A stretch of DNA of 64,000 bases from Desulfuromonadaceae bacterium (lineage in GTDB: Bacteria > Desulfobacterota > Desulfuromonadia > Geobacterales > Pseudopelobacteraceae). The translations under genes and the position numbers were made by a program. Each line of letters opens with the position of its first letter. Within the stretch, counting starts at the first letter, position 1. The notes under the pieces were generated by a model, which was not told the origin of the DNA, made no database searches, and was given only the letters and a program-made list of their open reading frames with translations. Positions 9,429 through 19,320 of the stretch are shown here, piece by piece. The stretch covers positions 3,483-67,482 of the forward strand of contig DASXUK010000070.1 of assembly GCA_036504875.1 (NCBI GenBank). Direction: 5' to 3'.

Positions 9429-9973
9429 TTAGCAGCCCCGGGGACCGGTTTTAGCAGCGCCATAACCAGAGCCAGGTCAAAACGGGAAGGATCCTCGAAT
9501 CTGACCCGCAAATTGGCCTTCTTCACCACCAGCGGCCGGCTACCTTTTTCCAACCGATAAAGCAGGTTAATGGCTTCGTTGGCAGTCAGCCCGTCAATTT
9601 TTATATCGGCAGCATCCTCGATAAAACCGCCGCGTTCCTCGCCTTTGAGGGGGGTGATCCTGACACCCTTGCCCTTGATGCCGATCTCTTCGATTATTTT
9701 GGCAGGAGAGTCATCAGCACGGACCATTGCCAGACGTTCATTCAATTTATTCGATGAAAATTTAGCCGAGCGATAAGCAACCTTGAGCGGCAGCATCTCT
9801 TTTAGAACGACCTCGCGGGCCTTGCGTTTCCGTTCCAGATCAGCCACTTTTCCGGCCAGGGCCGTCCAGGCCATGATGGTCGCCAAAAGTGCGATCAGTA
9901 TGTAACCTGCCCGCAAGCGCACCTGATTATCCAGGTTACGCCATGCTTCCAGGGCATCGGTCAGGAGTCTCAT
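9425..9973 (-). CDS. gspM: type II secretion system protein M
   Basis: 182 aa bitopic protein, positioned between gspL and gspN with overlapping stop/start codons. Confidence 0.7.
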   Translation of the reverse strand: MRLLTDALEAWRNLDNQVRLRAGYILIALLATIMAWTALAGKVADLERKRKAREVVLKEMLPLKVAYRSAKFSSNKLNERLAMVRADDSPAKIIEEIGIKGKGVRITPLKGEERGGFIEDAADIKIDGLTANEAINLLYRLEKGSRPLVVKKANLRVRFEDPSRFDLALVMALLKPVPGAAK

Positions 9974-11283
9974 TTCTTCACCTCCTTCAAGGTGCCGGTC
10001 AGCGAGAAGGTAACCGTGCCATCCGGCCGGCTTTTAACCTCGCCCAACTCAATGGTGGTCATCAACGGTGCCAGACTGGCCTTAAAATCATTAACAGCCT
10101 GGGCAGATCTGGCATCCCCCTTTATTCGCACCGCGCTCCCCTCGAGCTCGGCTTCATAGAGCCCATTGATAGTGGCGCCTTTGGCCTCAGCCAGCTGCTT
10201 GAGGATATCCACAATCCCGCTTCCGTTCTCCAGGCCGGATAACTTCCTGATCTCACCCTTTATTTCGGCAACTTCATCCACGGCCTTGGCGCGGCTCGGG
10301 AATATCTCCCGGTAGATGGCGGTAATCGAGTTGTTCAGCGAGGCCAGATCACTGCGCGCGGCCCGATATTGAAGCCCTTTGGAGACAAACAGAAGCAGAA
10401 TGACCAGCAAGGCCAGGATAGCGGTCAGGATCAGCTTCTTCCTGGTTTTCAAGTTTCCGGCGGTCCAGGCCAGATCACCGCGGCGGAAATCAGGCATGGC
10501 ACCGGTATGGCAGGCGCGAGCCACTGCATATAGACCGGCCAGTTGATCAAAATTATCGGCGTTTCTAAAGACCTTGGCCTGTTCTACCGGTAGTTCCAGA
10601 AGTTCGGGCGTCAACGGCAGTTCGTTGGCGGCTACCAGTGTCTCGGCCTGACTTCCAAAAACAAACAGGCGTGGCGGGAGGCCAACACCGGCCAGTTCAA
10701 GAGCCGAAAGGGTGGAGCCTAGCTGCCGGACAGGGCCATTCGCACTGATGGCACGAATAAAGGCCAGGCGTCCTTTGGCAATGATGGCCACCGCCCCTCC
10801 GTCGCATAAGGCGCAATCGGTTGTGGCCCCGGGCAGAAACCCCCACGAGAATGGAGTTGAGCTGACAAATTGCGGTTCCAGACCAGCTTCTTTGAAAACA
10901 GCAATGGCCCGGGCAACGTCGGCTTTTTTGGTCCACAGCGCCAGAAATTTTCCCTCGGCCACCGGTAGTGCATCAAAGACCGCCTCTTCGATCGGCAGGG
11001 CGATCTCACCCTGTAGCTGTACAGCCAGAACCTCGCGCACCTTGCGCAGATCGGTCAGTGGTAACTCCAGGGTTCGCTGGGCAAACAAAGCCGGGGACAG
11101 GCAGAGTACGATCCGCGGAGAGCCATTGCTGCCCTTAGCAATCTGGCGTGCCACCGAGGCCAGATCCTGTTCTTCTCCCAGCGGGAAATGAGCCGCACCG
11201 ACCAGGCTTGCGGTTCTCCCGGAGAACCCAAAGCGGGCAGCAGTCACCTGCTGTTCTTCAACATGGATGATTAAATAGTCCAT
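9970..11283 (-). CDS. gspL: type II secretion system protein L (PilM-like cytoplasmic domain + TM + periplasmic domain)
   Basis: 437 aa. Actin-like N-terminal domain and a central TM helix (LILTAILALLVILLLFV). Gene order K-L-M. Confidence 0.75.
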   Translation of the reverse strand: MDYLIIHVEEQQVTAARFGFSGRTASLVGAAHFPLGEEQDLASVARQIAKGSNGSPRIVLCLSPALFAQRTLELPLTDLRKVREVLAVQLQGEIALPIEEAVFDALPVAEGKFLALWTKKADVARAIAVFKEAGLEPQFVSSTPFSWGFLPGATTDCALCDGGAVAIIAKGRLAFIRAISANGPVRQLGSTLSALELAGVGLPPRLFVFGSQAETLVAANELPLTPELLELPVEQAKVFRNADNFDQLAGLYAVARACHTGAMPDFRRGDLAWTAGNLKTRKKLILTAILALLVILLLFVSKGLQYRAARSDLASLNNSITAIYREIFPSRAKAVDEVAEIKGEIRKLSGLENGSGIVDILKQLAEAKGATINGLYEAELEGSAVRIKGDARSAQAVNDFKASLAPLMTTIELGEVKSRPDGTVTFSLTGTLKEVKK

Positions 11284-11323
11284 TTAAAACCTCATAACCA
11301 GTGTACTGCACGACAACACACAA

Positions 11324-12244
11324 TTAATATTCCTGCCAGGACAGATATTCCGGTTTCCCCCCTGAAATCCGCGCCACCGCCTCCACAGTCCGGGCGGTAT
11401 CCTTGACCAGACCCACCGCTGTAATGCGATAGAGACTCCCTTTGACACCTATCTTTCCGGCTAGCGCGATGGAAAGCTTGCTGTCTACCCGCGAAAGATC
11501 CCCTGGCCCGCTGAATGGTTTCAGTTTACGCTCTTCAATAATCCGCTCGGCCAGACGGTCGTCAATGCTCGTATCCAGTGCAGCAATGACCTCCTGGGGG
11601 GCGGTATTTATGTTGATCCCGGTTTGACTGGCATAGGTAGTTACAAAGGGTCGCAACCTGGCCACCACATCCGAAGTAAAACCCTTGATCAGCGACAATT
11701 CGGCCAAGGTTGCCAGTTTTCCGTTACGGGCGCTGTAAGGGGGTTTCAAGGTTTTATAATAGCTGGTCTCGGCCCCGTTCGATTGCGGCAGGTCATTACT
11801 GTCCAACCAGTCGGCCAGGGCGGTCCAGCATTGATCCGGGACCTGCAGCCGTTTACCAAGTTGCTTGAGCGCCTTCAGAGTAAATTCATCCAGGCTGTCG
11901 TTTGGTTGCACCAGATTGTTCAGATTGATTTTTCCGCTTTCCTCGGAGGCGGTGATCTCAATTGAACCGGTTTCATCATCCAGCTTTAACGGTGAAGCCC
12001 ATTTATCGGACAGTGAGCTATAGTCCTGGTTAGTGATGACCAGCTGAATCAGCTTGGCGCCCCCTTCAATGCCGGATCCGGCTAATAGTGAGGCCTGTTG
12101 TCCGTCGCGGAACCCTCGGCTAAGTGAGGTATCCACATATACCTGATGGATCAATTCGGCTGCCACCGCCATCATCAGGGCGGTCACAACCAACGTCAAG
12201 ACCAGGGCAAACCCGCCTCTGCCCAATCCGGACCGGTCGGTCAT
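11324..12244 (-). CDS. gspK: type II secretion minor pseudopilin K
   Basis: 306 aa. Hydrophobic N-terminus (GGFALVLTLVVTALMMAV) and the GspK helix-hairpin-helix signature ININTAPQEVIAAL. Confidence 0.8.
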   Translation of the reverse strand: MTDRSGLGRGGFALVLTLVVTALMMAVAAELIHQVYVDTSLSRGFRDGQQASLLAGSGIEGGAKLIQLVITNQDYSSLSDKWASPLKLDDETGSIEITASEESGKINLNNLVQPNDSLDEFTLKALKQLGKRLQVPDQCWTALADWLDSNDLPQSNGAETSYYKTLKPPYSARNGKLATLAELSLIKGFTSDVVARLRPFVTTYASQTGININTAPQEVIAALDTSIDDRLAERIIEERKLKPFSGPGDLSRVDSKLSIALAGKIGVKGSLYRITAVGLVKDTARTVEAVARISGGKPEYLSWQEY

Positions 12245-12912
12245 GAGCCGATCACCAGCCTTGGCTGAGAATAGACGCTAAAATCTACCAGATGGCCATT
12301 TTCCTCGAACTGTACTGTAATACGGACCTGTTTTGGCAGCCCGTTATTCAGAGCTGTATCCCAGGTTTTGAGCCACTTGGAACCATCGTAGCACTCCACC
12401 AGAAAGCTGCTGATCCGCTCCATCTGCGGATAAACCGGTACTTTTTCAACTTCCAGCAAGATGTCCTGTTCACGACGGGTCAGGATGAGTTGCTTGTCTT
12501 TTTCCTGCAGACGATACTGGACATTGATGATGCCTGATTCGCTACGCGCCTGATTGGCCGGCGGGGCCAGAGTGGTCAGTTCCAGGGTGGAGGCTGGTTT
12601 ACCAAAAATATCGCGGTCCTCAACCACAAAGCGCAGATGTTTTGATTTGTCACCGGAATCGTATTTGGCTGAGTCGATCTCTCTTCGCAACAGGTCGAGA
12701 GTGCTTCCCAGCTCACGGCGCGCCTCCATGCCCTCAGCCGATCTGTCCCTGGCCTGTAGCACGGCAAAATAGCTGCCGTACAACGCTGTGGAAAGAATTC
12801 CCAGCAGCACCACAGCGATCAACACCTCCAGCAGTGTAAAGCCGTTATTTCGGCGCAAGATAGCGCTCAAGCGCCACCTCCTGTTTATCGCCATCCCGAC
12901 GGACCCGCACAA
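12241..12912 (-). CDS. gspJ: type II secretion minor pseudopilin J
   Basis: 223 aa. Prepilin-type N-terminal methylation motif NGFTLLEVLIAVVLLGIL. The true start is probably internal to the listed ORF. Confidence 0.75.
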   Translation of the reverse strand: MCGSVGMAINRRWRLSAILRRNNGFTLLEVLIAVVLLGILSTALYGSYFAVLQARDRSAEGMEARRELGSTLDLLRREIDSAKYDSGDKSKHLRFVVEDRDIFGKPASTLELTTLAPPANQARSESGIINVQYRLQEKDKQLILTRREQDILLEVEKVPVYPQMERISSFLVECYDGSKWLKTWDTALNNGLPKQVRITVQFEENGHLVDFSVYSQPRLVIGS

Positions 12913-13189
12913 CCAGTTTCTGAAGTGTCGGCAGCTTGGTAGGCAACAGCTCGGTCTGCCACTTCAACTCAGGGTGGGCCGGAGCAAAACTGCCTTCGCT
13001 TTTTGTCTGGAGAGGTGCCTGCTCCAGTTCGGCCATTTTAGCCCGTGCCAATATAGTCAAGGCGGTGCTGTCACGCTCATTGGCAATGATCCCCAGATGG
13101 TAGTTAACAGCACCCAGAACCGTCAAAATGACTCCTGCCATTATTGCCAGGGCCACCATTACCTCGAGTAGCGTAAACCCCCGCCTCAT
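12845..13189 (-). CDS. gspI: type II secretion minor pseudopilin I
   Basis: 114 aa. MRRGFTLLEVMVALAIMAG prepilin motif. Confidence 0.75.
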   Translation of the reverse strand: MRRGFTLLEVMVALAIMAGVILTVLGAVNYHLGIIANERDSTALTILARAKMAELEQAPLQTKSEGSFAPAHPELKWQTELLPTKLPTLQKLVVRVRRDGDKQEVALERYLAPK

Positions 13190-13262
13190 AACAAATCACC
13201 TTCAAAAGCGGCTGAGAATCCTATAAAAAAATTAGAATTACACGCTACTCTGCGATCCGCTG

Positions 13263-13763
13263 TCATAGCGGTTCCTCCTGGTAGCCCTGATACAGCTTGA
13301 CCTTACCGCTGGAGGGAAACGCCATGACTGTCCAGAAACTGCCGTCGGGCGAACGCAGGTGAAAGATAACAAAATCACGCAGCCCCCCCATACCGACATC
13401 AAGCCGTACCTGCCCCTCAGTTATCTTGCCCAGACGGGGTATAACCACATCGGCAACCTGGATATCCTCCTTGAGCGGCCGTTTTTGCAACAAGGGGTCA
13501 CCGGGCTCCTTCTCGCTCCCATCCGCCCCTGCCTCCAGAATCTTCAGCGTTTCCGTTCCCGGCTCGATACGCAGATAATAATTCGTTCTGGCAGTAGCGG
13601 CCCGATCCTGCAGATAGCGCAGGGTCGTTGCCAAGGTACTGGCAGAACTTTTCAGGTTTTCGTGTTCACGGGCCGGCAGACGCGGGATTACCAGCGTCAT
13701 TGCCAGCGCAATTATCGCCAGTACGACCACGATCTCGATTAGCGTGAAGCCACGGCGGTTCAT
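13263..13763 (-). CDS. gspH: type II secretion minor pseudopilin H
   Basis: 166 aa. MNRRGFTLIEIVVVLAIIAL prepilin motif. First gene of the H-N run. Confidence 0.75.
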   Translation of the reverse strand: MNRRGFTLIEIVVVLAIIALAMTLVIPRLPAREHENLKSSASTLATTLRYLQDRAATARTNYYLRIEPGTETLKILEAGADGSEKEPGDPLLQKRPLKEDIQVADVVIPRLGKITEGQVRLDVGMGGLRDFVIFHLRSPDGSFWTVMAFPSSGKVKLYQGYQEEPL

Positions 13764-13905
13764 TGCCGGCCTGAACAGAGACTACAAAGACCAAAAGCAG
13801 AACCCTGAAAACGAGCATAAGCTTTCAAGCCACCAGCAGCCGGATTAAAGGCGCCCTGCAAAACACCATCAGCAACATGTATTTGTAGTGATAACATGCT
13901 TTGGC

Positions 13906-14946
13906 TTATAGAAATTCGGAGAGCTTTTCCCGTTCATCGACCAGATAGAACTCCAGCGTTTTTCTGAGGGCATCATCGATGCTGGTCACCGGCTCCCATC
14001 CCAGGCACTCCTTGGCCTGCCGAACCGAAGGCACCCGGGTCAGCATGTCCTGGTAACCCTTGCCGTAAAAAGTGTCCGAAGAGGTCTCGATAATCTGACA
14101 GCGGGCGGCCTTTTCCTTGTAAAGCGGAAATTCAGCCACCATGTCACGCAGCTTATTGGCCAGCTCCTTGACCGACAGATCATTCGCGGGATTGCCGATA
14201 TTGAAGATCTTGCCATTGGCACAACCGTTTTCATTGGCGATGATCTTCATCAGACAATCGATCCCATCCTCAATAAAGGTGAACGAGCGGCGCTGATTGC
14301 CGCCATCTACCAGCTGGATCGGCTCTTCGGCCAGAATGCTGTAGAGAAACTGGGTCAGGACGCGCGAGCTGCCTTCCTTGGCGGTGTGGATGCTGTCCAG
14401 CTTGGGACCGATCCAGTTGAAGGGGCGGAATAGGGTAAAGTCCAGCCCCTCATGCTGGCCATAGGCATAGATTACCCGGTCAAGCATCTGCTTGGCGCAA
14501 GAATAGATCCAGCGTTCCTTGGCAATCGGACCCAGCACTAAAGGCGAGTTTTCTTCATCAAACTCGCTGTCGGGACTCATGCCGTAGACCTCGGAGGTAG
14601 AGGGAAAGATCACCCGTTTCTTGTACTTATGGCACAGCCGAATGATCTTGAGATTTTCTTCGAAATCAAGCTCGAAAACCCGCAGCGGATCCTTGACGTA
14701 GGTAACCGGCGTGGCAATCGCAACCAGTGGCAGTACCACATCACACTTCTTGATGTTGTACTCGATCCACTCTTTGTTAATGGTGATGTCACCCTCCAAA
14801 AAATGGAAGCGGGGATCACCCAGGGAGCGCTCCAGCTTGTCACAGGCCATATCCAGACCAAAGACCTCCCAATCGGTGGTGGTGAGAATGCGGTGGGTGA
14901 GGGCATTGCCGATAAACCCGTTTACGCCCAGGATCAATACTTTCAT
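13906..14946 (-). CDS. arnA: UDP-glucuronate decarboxylase/dehydrogenase, equivalent to the ArnA C-terminal domain (stand-alone)
   Basis: 346 aa SDR. MKVLILGVNGFIGNALTHRIL closely parallels the start of the E. coli ArnA dehydrogenase domain, and the YxxxK region is present. Confidence 0.75.
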   Translation of the reverse strand: MKVLILGVNGFIGNALTHRILTTTDWEVFGLDMACDKLERSLGDPRFHFLEGDITINKEWIEYNIKKCDVVLPLVAIATPVTYVKDPLRVFELDFEENLKIIRLCHKYKKRVIFPSTSEVYGMSPDSEFDEENSPLVLGPIAKERWIYSCAKQMLDRVIYAYGQHEGLDFTLFRPFNWIGPKLDSIHTAKEGSSRVLTQFLYSILAEEPIQLVDGGNQRRSFTFIEDGIDCLMKIIANENGCANGKIFNIGNPANDLSVKELANKLRDMVAEFPLYKEKAARCQIIETSSDTFYGKGYQDMLTRVPSVRQAKECLGWEPVTSIDDALRKTLEFYLVDEREKLSEFL

Positions 14947-15031
14947 GCAACTATCTCCTTTGTCACCGACTCTGTAAATGGGCTAAGCGATTGAAATAAG
15001 ACGCGCATAAGGCCCATTCAGTCGGCAGTTT

Positions 15032-15934
15032 TTATTCAAAGTTCATCGTCTCAATTGATAAAAGATCTGCTGGTGCGGTTTCAGCTTCGCCTTCTAGCTG
15101 TAGCGACCTGATCTCCAGTACTCCTTCGCCGGTGCCCACTAAAAGCGGGTTATGAGACAGAATACGTCCCGGCTCACCGGAACCTTGCAGCGGCCAGGCC
15201 TGCCAGATAATCAGCTTTTTAGAGCCGACATGGGTAAAGGCACCAGGGTAGGGGTGGGTCACGCCTCGGATCAGGTTGTAGATCTGGATTGCCGGTCGGG
15301 TCCAGTCGATCAGCCCATCGGCTGGTTTTCGGCCGCCGAAATAACTGCCTGGAAGATCCATCGGTATGCGCTGGGCTTCTCCGTTTTGGAGTAGCGGCCA
15401 GGTCCGGGCCAGGACTGTCACCGCCGCTTGGGTTACCTTATGAAAGACATCCTGGGCCGTGTCGGTAAAGGCGATGGCGATCTGCTCCTGATCAACGATA
15501 TCGCCGGCATCCGGCTTCTCAACCATATAGTGCAGGGTGGCGCCGGTCTCGGTCTCGCCGTTGATCACAGCCCAGTTGACCGGCACGCGCCCACGGTACT
15601 TGGGCAGATAGGAACCGTGCAGGTTAAGAGCCCCGTTCCGAGGAATCTCCAGCACGGCCGGCTTGATCATGTTTCGATAATAAAAGGAAAAAATGAAATC
15701 GGGAGCCAGCGTCCGCACCCGCTCAAGATTTTCAGGTAGTGAAATGTCGCTGGTCAGGTAGGGGATGCCGTTCTGCTCGGCCAACTCCCGTACCGATTCA
15801 AACCAGATTTCCTCGTTAGGCGAATCCTCATGGGTAAAGATCAGCTCAATCTGGGCCCCCTGCCGCAAAAGCTCCTGAATACAGCGATAGCCGACCGTAT
15901 GATAGGCGCAGACAACCAATTTATTTGAATTCAT
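15032..15934 (-). CDS. arnA: formyltransferase, equivalent to the ArnA N-terminal domain (stand-alone)
   Basis: 300 aa. Fmt-like fold with an HGSYLPKYRG-type motif (LNLHGSYLPKYRGRVPVNWAVI). Adjacent to the decarboxylase and arnC. Confidence 0.75.
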   Translation of the reverse strand: MNSNKLVVCAYHTVGYRCIQELLRQGAQIELIFTHEDSPNEEIWFESVRELAEQNGIPYLTSDISLPENLERVRTLAPDFIFSFYYRNMIKPAVLEIPRNGALNLHGSYLPKYRGRVPVNWAVINGETETGATLHYMVEKPDAGDIVDQEQIAIAFTDTAQDVFHKVTQAAVTVLARTWPLLQNGEAQRIPMDLPGSYFGGRKPADGLIDWTRPAIQIYNLIRGVTHPYPGAFTHVGSKKLIIWQAWPLQGSGEPGRILSHNPLLVGTGEGVLEIRSLQLEGEAETAPADLLSIETMNFE

Positions 15935-16026
15935 CTTTATATCCTAAAACGAAAAATGCGCTAACAAATGGTATATCCCTGGAAATGATTAAGGCGGGCG
16001 GGCTTAGAGATCCAGAAAACCGGCCT

Positions 16027-16962
16027 TTATTCGTCAAAACCATAGGTACGACGAATTACAAAACGGGGTCGCTTCCTTACTTCTTGGTAAATCCGTCCCA
16101 CATACTCGCCAACAATACCGATACCCATGATGATGATGCCGATAAAGAAGAACAAAATAGCAAACAGGGTAAAAACGCCCTCAACCTCGGCGCCCACAAT
16201 AAAGCGCCTGATCAGCAGGAACATGGCAAAGGCCAGCGACAGCACCGCTGTAATTAGGCCTAGCAGAGCAAAAAGCTGTAGCGGCACCACGGAAAAACCG
16301 GTCATCAGATCGAAGTTGAGCCGGATCAGCTTATAAAAGGAATATTTGCTTTCCCCCTGCGAACGTTCTGCATGAGCCACTTCAATCTCGGTCGGGTTGG
16401 ATGCAAAGGTCTGGGCCAGGGCCGGGATAAAGGTGGTTGTTTCCCGGCAGCGGTTGATATTGTCTACCACGTAGCGGTGATAGGCCCGCAGCATGCAGCC
16501 GTAGTCATTCATCTTCATGCCGGTCATCTTGTTGGTTGTAATGTTGACGACCCGCGATGCCAGCCTGCGAAAAAGGGTGTCCTGGCGTTTCTGCCGAATA
16601 GTACCGACGACATCATGCCCCTTTTCGATCTCGGCTACCAGGCGAGGAATCTCCTCGGGCGGGTTCTGCAGGTCGGCATCCAGGGTAATGACGATCTCTC
16701 CACGGGAAACCTCGAAGGCGGCCAGAATCGCCATGTGCTGGCCAAAATTACCATTGAATTCGATTATTTTGACCCCTGGGTAAGTCTCAACCATGTGGCG
16801 CAAAATCTCCAATGAACGGTCACGGGAGCCGTCATTAGTAAAAATGATTTCAAAGCTTTTTTGCGTCTCCTGTACGGCCGGATAGAGACGCTCGATCAAA
16901 GGAACCAGATTGGATTCCTCGTTATATACAGGTATGACAATACTCAGGTAGGGCTGTTCCAT
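16027..16962 (-). CDS. arnC: undecaprenyl-phosphate 4-deoxy-4-formamido-L-arabinose transferase-like GT2
   Basis: 311 aa. GT2 N-terminus (LSIVIPVYNEE, DADLQNPPEEI) plus two C-terminal TM helices. The call rests on context with the arnA halves. Confidence 0.7.
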   Translation of the reverse strand: MEQPYLSIVIPVYNEESNLVPLIERLYPAVQETQKSFEIIFTNDGSRDRSLEILRHMVETYPGVKIIEFNGNFGQHMAILAAFEVSRGEIVITLDADLQNPPEEIPRLVAEIEKGHDVVGTIRQKRQDTLFRRLASRVVNITTNKMTGMKMNDYGCMLRAYHRYVVDNINRCRETTTFIPALAQTFASNPTEIEVAHAERSQGESKYSFYKLIRLNFDLMTGFSVVPLQLFALLGLITAVLSLAFAMFLLIRRFIVGAEVEGVFTLFAILFFFIGIIIMGIGIVGEYVGRIYQEVRKRPRFVIRRTYGFDE

Positions 16963-16974
16963 TTTCTGCTCCTA

Positions 16975-18126
16975 TTATTCTACTGCGGCCAGCACCGACA
17001 ACAACTCGCTCCCGTATAATCCTTTCTGCCACTCGCGCATTCCGGGGATACTATCCAGATCTGAAAGAGAGACCGGATTCAGATCCGCCACCCCCTCAAG
17101 AAGCCAGTTGGGAGCCAGTACGCCCGGCTCCAGTGCCAGCTGGGAGCTTTTTTGCTCCCGCCAGGACTTGAGCAACTTCAGCCGCTCTTTAGTACCTTCG
17201 ATCGGCTCTTCACGACGCTGGCGTGGAAAACGCGGCAAACTCTGTTCCGGCAGAAGCAGTGCGGCGGCCAATGCGGCCAGGATGCTCTCATTGTAGCGAT
17301 GGACCTGTCCGGGTGTCATACCCTTTATCGCCGCCAGCTCAGCCAGGCTACGAGGCCTTTTTTCAGCTATTTCCAGAAGAGTCTCCGTGGAAAACACCTT
17401 GAAAGGGGGCCGATCCAGCTCCCGCGCCAATCGATCTCGCAGTTGCAACAGCTGCTCCAGAATTGCCAGACTGCGTCCTTTCAGCTTGCCAGCGCCTTTG
17501 CAGGAAAGGAACAGGGGGCCTTCCTTCTCGGACATGCGCGCCTGGCATACCAGACGACATTCTTCTTCCAGCCAAAAAAGGCGGTTTTTCTCCTCCAGCT
17601 CATTTCGAAGCTGATCGTACAGCGCAAGAAGATAGGCAGTATCGGCGGTAGCATAGGCACGCATCTCACTGCTGAGCGGACGTTTGCTCCAGTCGGCCTT
17701 TTGATACTTTTTGTTCAGCTCTACGCCAAAACGCACCTTGAGAAGCGCCGCCAGACCGAATTCCGATAGACCCAGAAAGCGAGCGGCTATCATCGTATCA
17801 AACAGGTTATCGATCTCGATACCAAAATCACGATGCAAGGAACGGATATCGTAATCAGAGCCATGCATGATAATCTTTATCTTTGGATCAGTCAGTGCAA
17901 CCGCCAGTGGCGATAGATCCTTAAGCGCCAATGGATCTATCAACCAGCTGCCGCTGCGGGTCGAAATCTGCATCAGGCAGACCTTTTCCTGATAATGATG
18001 GAGTGAGTCCATTTCCAGATCGACAGCCAACTCGGTTTCACGCCCCAGAAGACCAGCAACTTCTGACAAACGCTCTGTATCGGTTATAATTTCGCAAGCT
18101 TCGGCTTGCTGTAGGTAAAGCGTCAA
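16975..18126 (-). CDS. rnd: ribonuclease D (DEDDy 3'-5' exonuclease + HRDC)
   Basis: 383 aa. Exo motifs (AVDLEMDS, HGSDYDIRSL, YATADTAYL) and an HRDC-like segment. Confidence 0.8.
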   Translation of the reverse strand: MTLYLQQAEACEIITDTERLSEVAGLLGRETELAVDLEMDSLHHYQEKVCLMQISTRSGSWLIDPLALKDLSPLAVALTDPKIKIIMHGSDYDIRSLHRDFGIEIDNLFDTMIAARFLGLSEFGLAALLKVRFGVELNKKYQKADWSKRPLSSEMRAYATADTAYLLALYDQLRNELEEKNRLFWLEEECRLVCQARMSEKEGPLFLSCKGAGKLKGRSLAILEQLLQLRDRLARELDRPPFKVFSTETLLEIAEKRPRSLAELAAIKGMTPGQVHRYNESILAALAAALLLPEQSLPRFPRQRREEPIEGTKERLKLLKSWREQKSSQLALEPGVLAPNWLLEGVADLNPVSLSDLDSIPGMREWQKGLYGSELLSVLAAVE

Positions 18127-18127
18127 A

Positions 18128-19201
18128 CTAAAACTCCTTGACGAGGCTGTAGGTGGTTGTACGCTGGGCAGCCCTGAATCCGGCCGACCGAATAATATTT
18201 ATCATTTCTTCCTGGGACATGCGGAAGCTGCATCCGGCCGCTGCGACCACATTCTCTTCCAGCATAGTGCCGCCCAGATCATTAGCCCCGAAAAACAAAG
18301 CCACCTGGGCCATTTTGGCACCTTGGGTGACCCAACTAGCCTGAATATTCGGAACATTGTCCAGCACTATACGCGCCAGAGAGAGTACCTTGAGATATTC
18401 CACACCAGTGGCAGTTGTCCCGCCCAACTCAGTATTACCCGGTTGGTAGGTCCAGGGGATGAAGGCGGTAAATGATCCGCCGCTATCCTGCAGCTCGCGC
18501 ACCCTGAAAAGATGTTCCACTATATCCTCGGGCTTCTCTCGGCTGCCAAACATCATGGTAGCAGTAGTCGGCATGCCGAGACTGGCAGCCTTGAGCATCA
18601 CATCGGCCCACTGCCGCCAGCCGATCTTTTTGGGGGAGATGCTGCTTCGCACAGTATCCACCAGAATCTCGGCACCACCGCCCGGTATGGAATCGAGGCC
18701 GGCTTTCTGAAGCGTTTCAAGCGTTTCCTGCAGAGACAGTTCGGAATTGGAGGCAATGCAGTTAATCTCGGCCGGTGAAAGCGAGTGGTTCTGCACTGAA
18801 GGGAAACGGGCCTTGATCTGTTGGAACAGCTCCATGAAAAAATCGATCTTGAGATCCGGATTAAGCCCCCCCTGCATGAGGAGCTGGGTACCCCCCAGAC
18901 TCACAAGCTCCGCAATCTTGGCAAAAATCTCATCATAGCTTAGTACATAGGCGTCAGCAGCTTCATGATCTCTGTAAAAGGCGCAAAAACTGCATTTTGA
19001 TTCACAAATGTTGGTATAATTCACATTCCTGTCAACTACAAACGTCACGACATTTTCAGGATGTAATTTGCGACGTATTTTGTCTGCAGCCTGGCCGAGA
19101 GGCAGCAGGTCCACATCAACAAGCAGCCTGAGCGCCTCATCCCTGTCTATGCGCTGCTGGGCAGCGTTTCCTGCTAGTTCTAACATTAGTATGTAAAACA
19201 A
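18128..19201 (-). CDS. radical SAM enzyme of the MqnC/MqnE/CofH family (futalosine-type menaquinone biosynthesis)
   Basis: 357 aa. NYTNICESKCSFCAF cluster motif and TATMMFGSREKPEDIVEHL...FTAFIPWTYQPGNT. I cannot separate MqnC from MqnE by eye. Confidence 0.7.
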   Translation of the reverse strand: MFYILMLELAGNAAQQRIDRDEALRLLVDVDLLPLGQAADKIRRKLHPENVVTFVVDRNVNYTNICESKCSFCAFYRDHEAADAYVLSYDEIFAKIAELVSLGGTQLLMQGGLNPDLKIDFFMELFQQIKARFPSVQNHSLSPAEINCIASNSELSLQETLETLQKAGLDSIPGGGAEILVDTVRSSISPKKIGWRQWADVMLKAASLGMPTTATMMFGSREKPEDIVEHLFRVRELQDSGGSFTAFIPWTYQPGNTELGGTTATGVEYLKVLSLARIVLDNVPNIQASWVTQGAKMAQVALFFGANDLGGTMLEENVVAAAGCSFRMSQEEMINIIRSAGFRAAQRTTTYSLVKEF

Positions 19202-19320
19202 CCTTCCTTGTGATTCGACTAACTAGCTTATCATTTTCAGTTTTTTCAGATTCTGAATCTCATTTTTGAATCTCAATCGGGCGTTAGCCCCTAATTGGAC
19301 GGCCACCATGCCAAAAGCAT

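Noticed and set aside
13764-13905. Possible sigma-54 (-24/-12) promoter upstream of gspH (CTGGTGGCTTGAAAGCTT on the minus strand)
   Set aside because: The GG-N10-GC spacing is present, but the flanking bases fit the TGGCAC/TTGCW consensus poorly. It is indistinguishable from chance.
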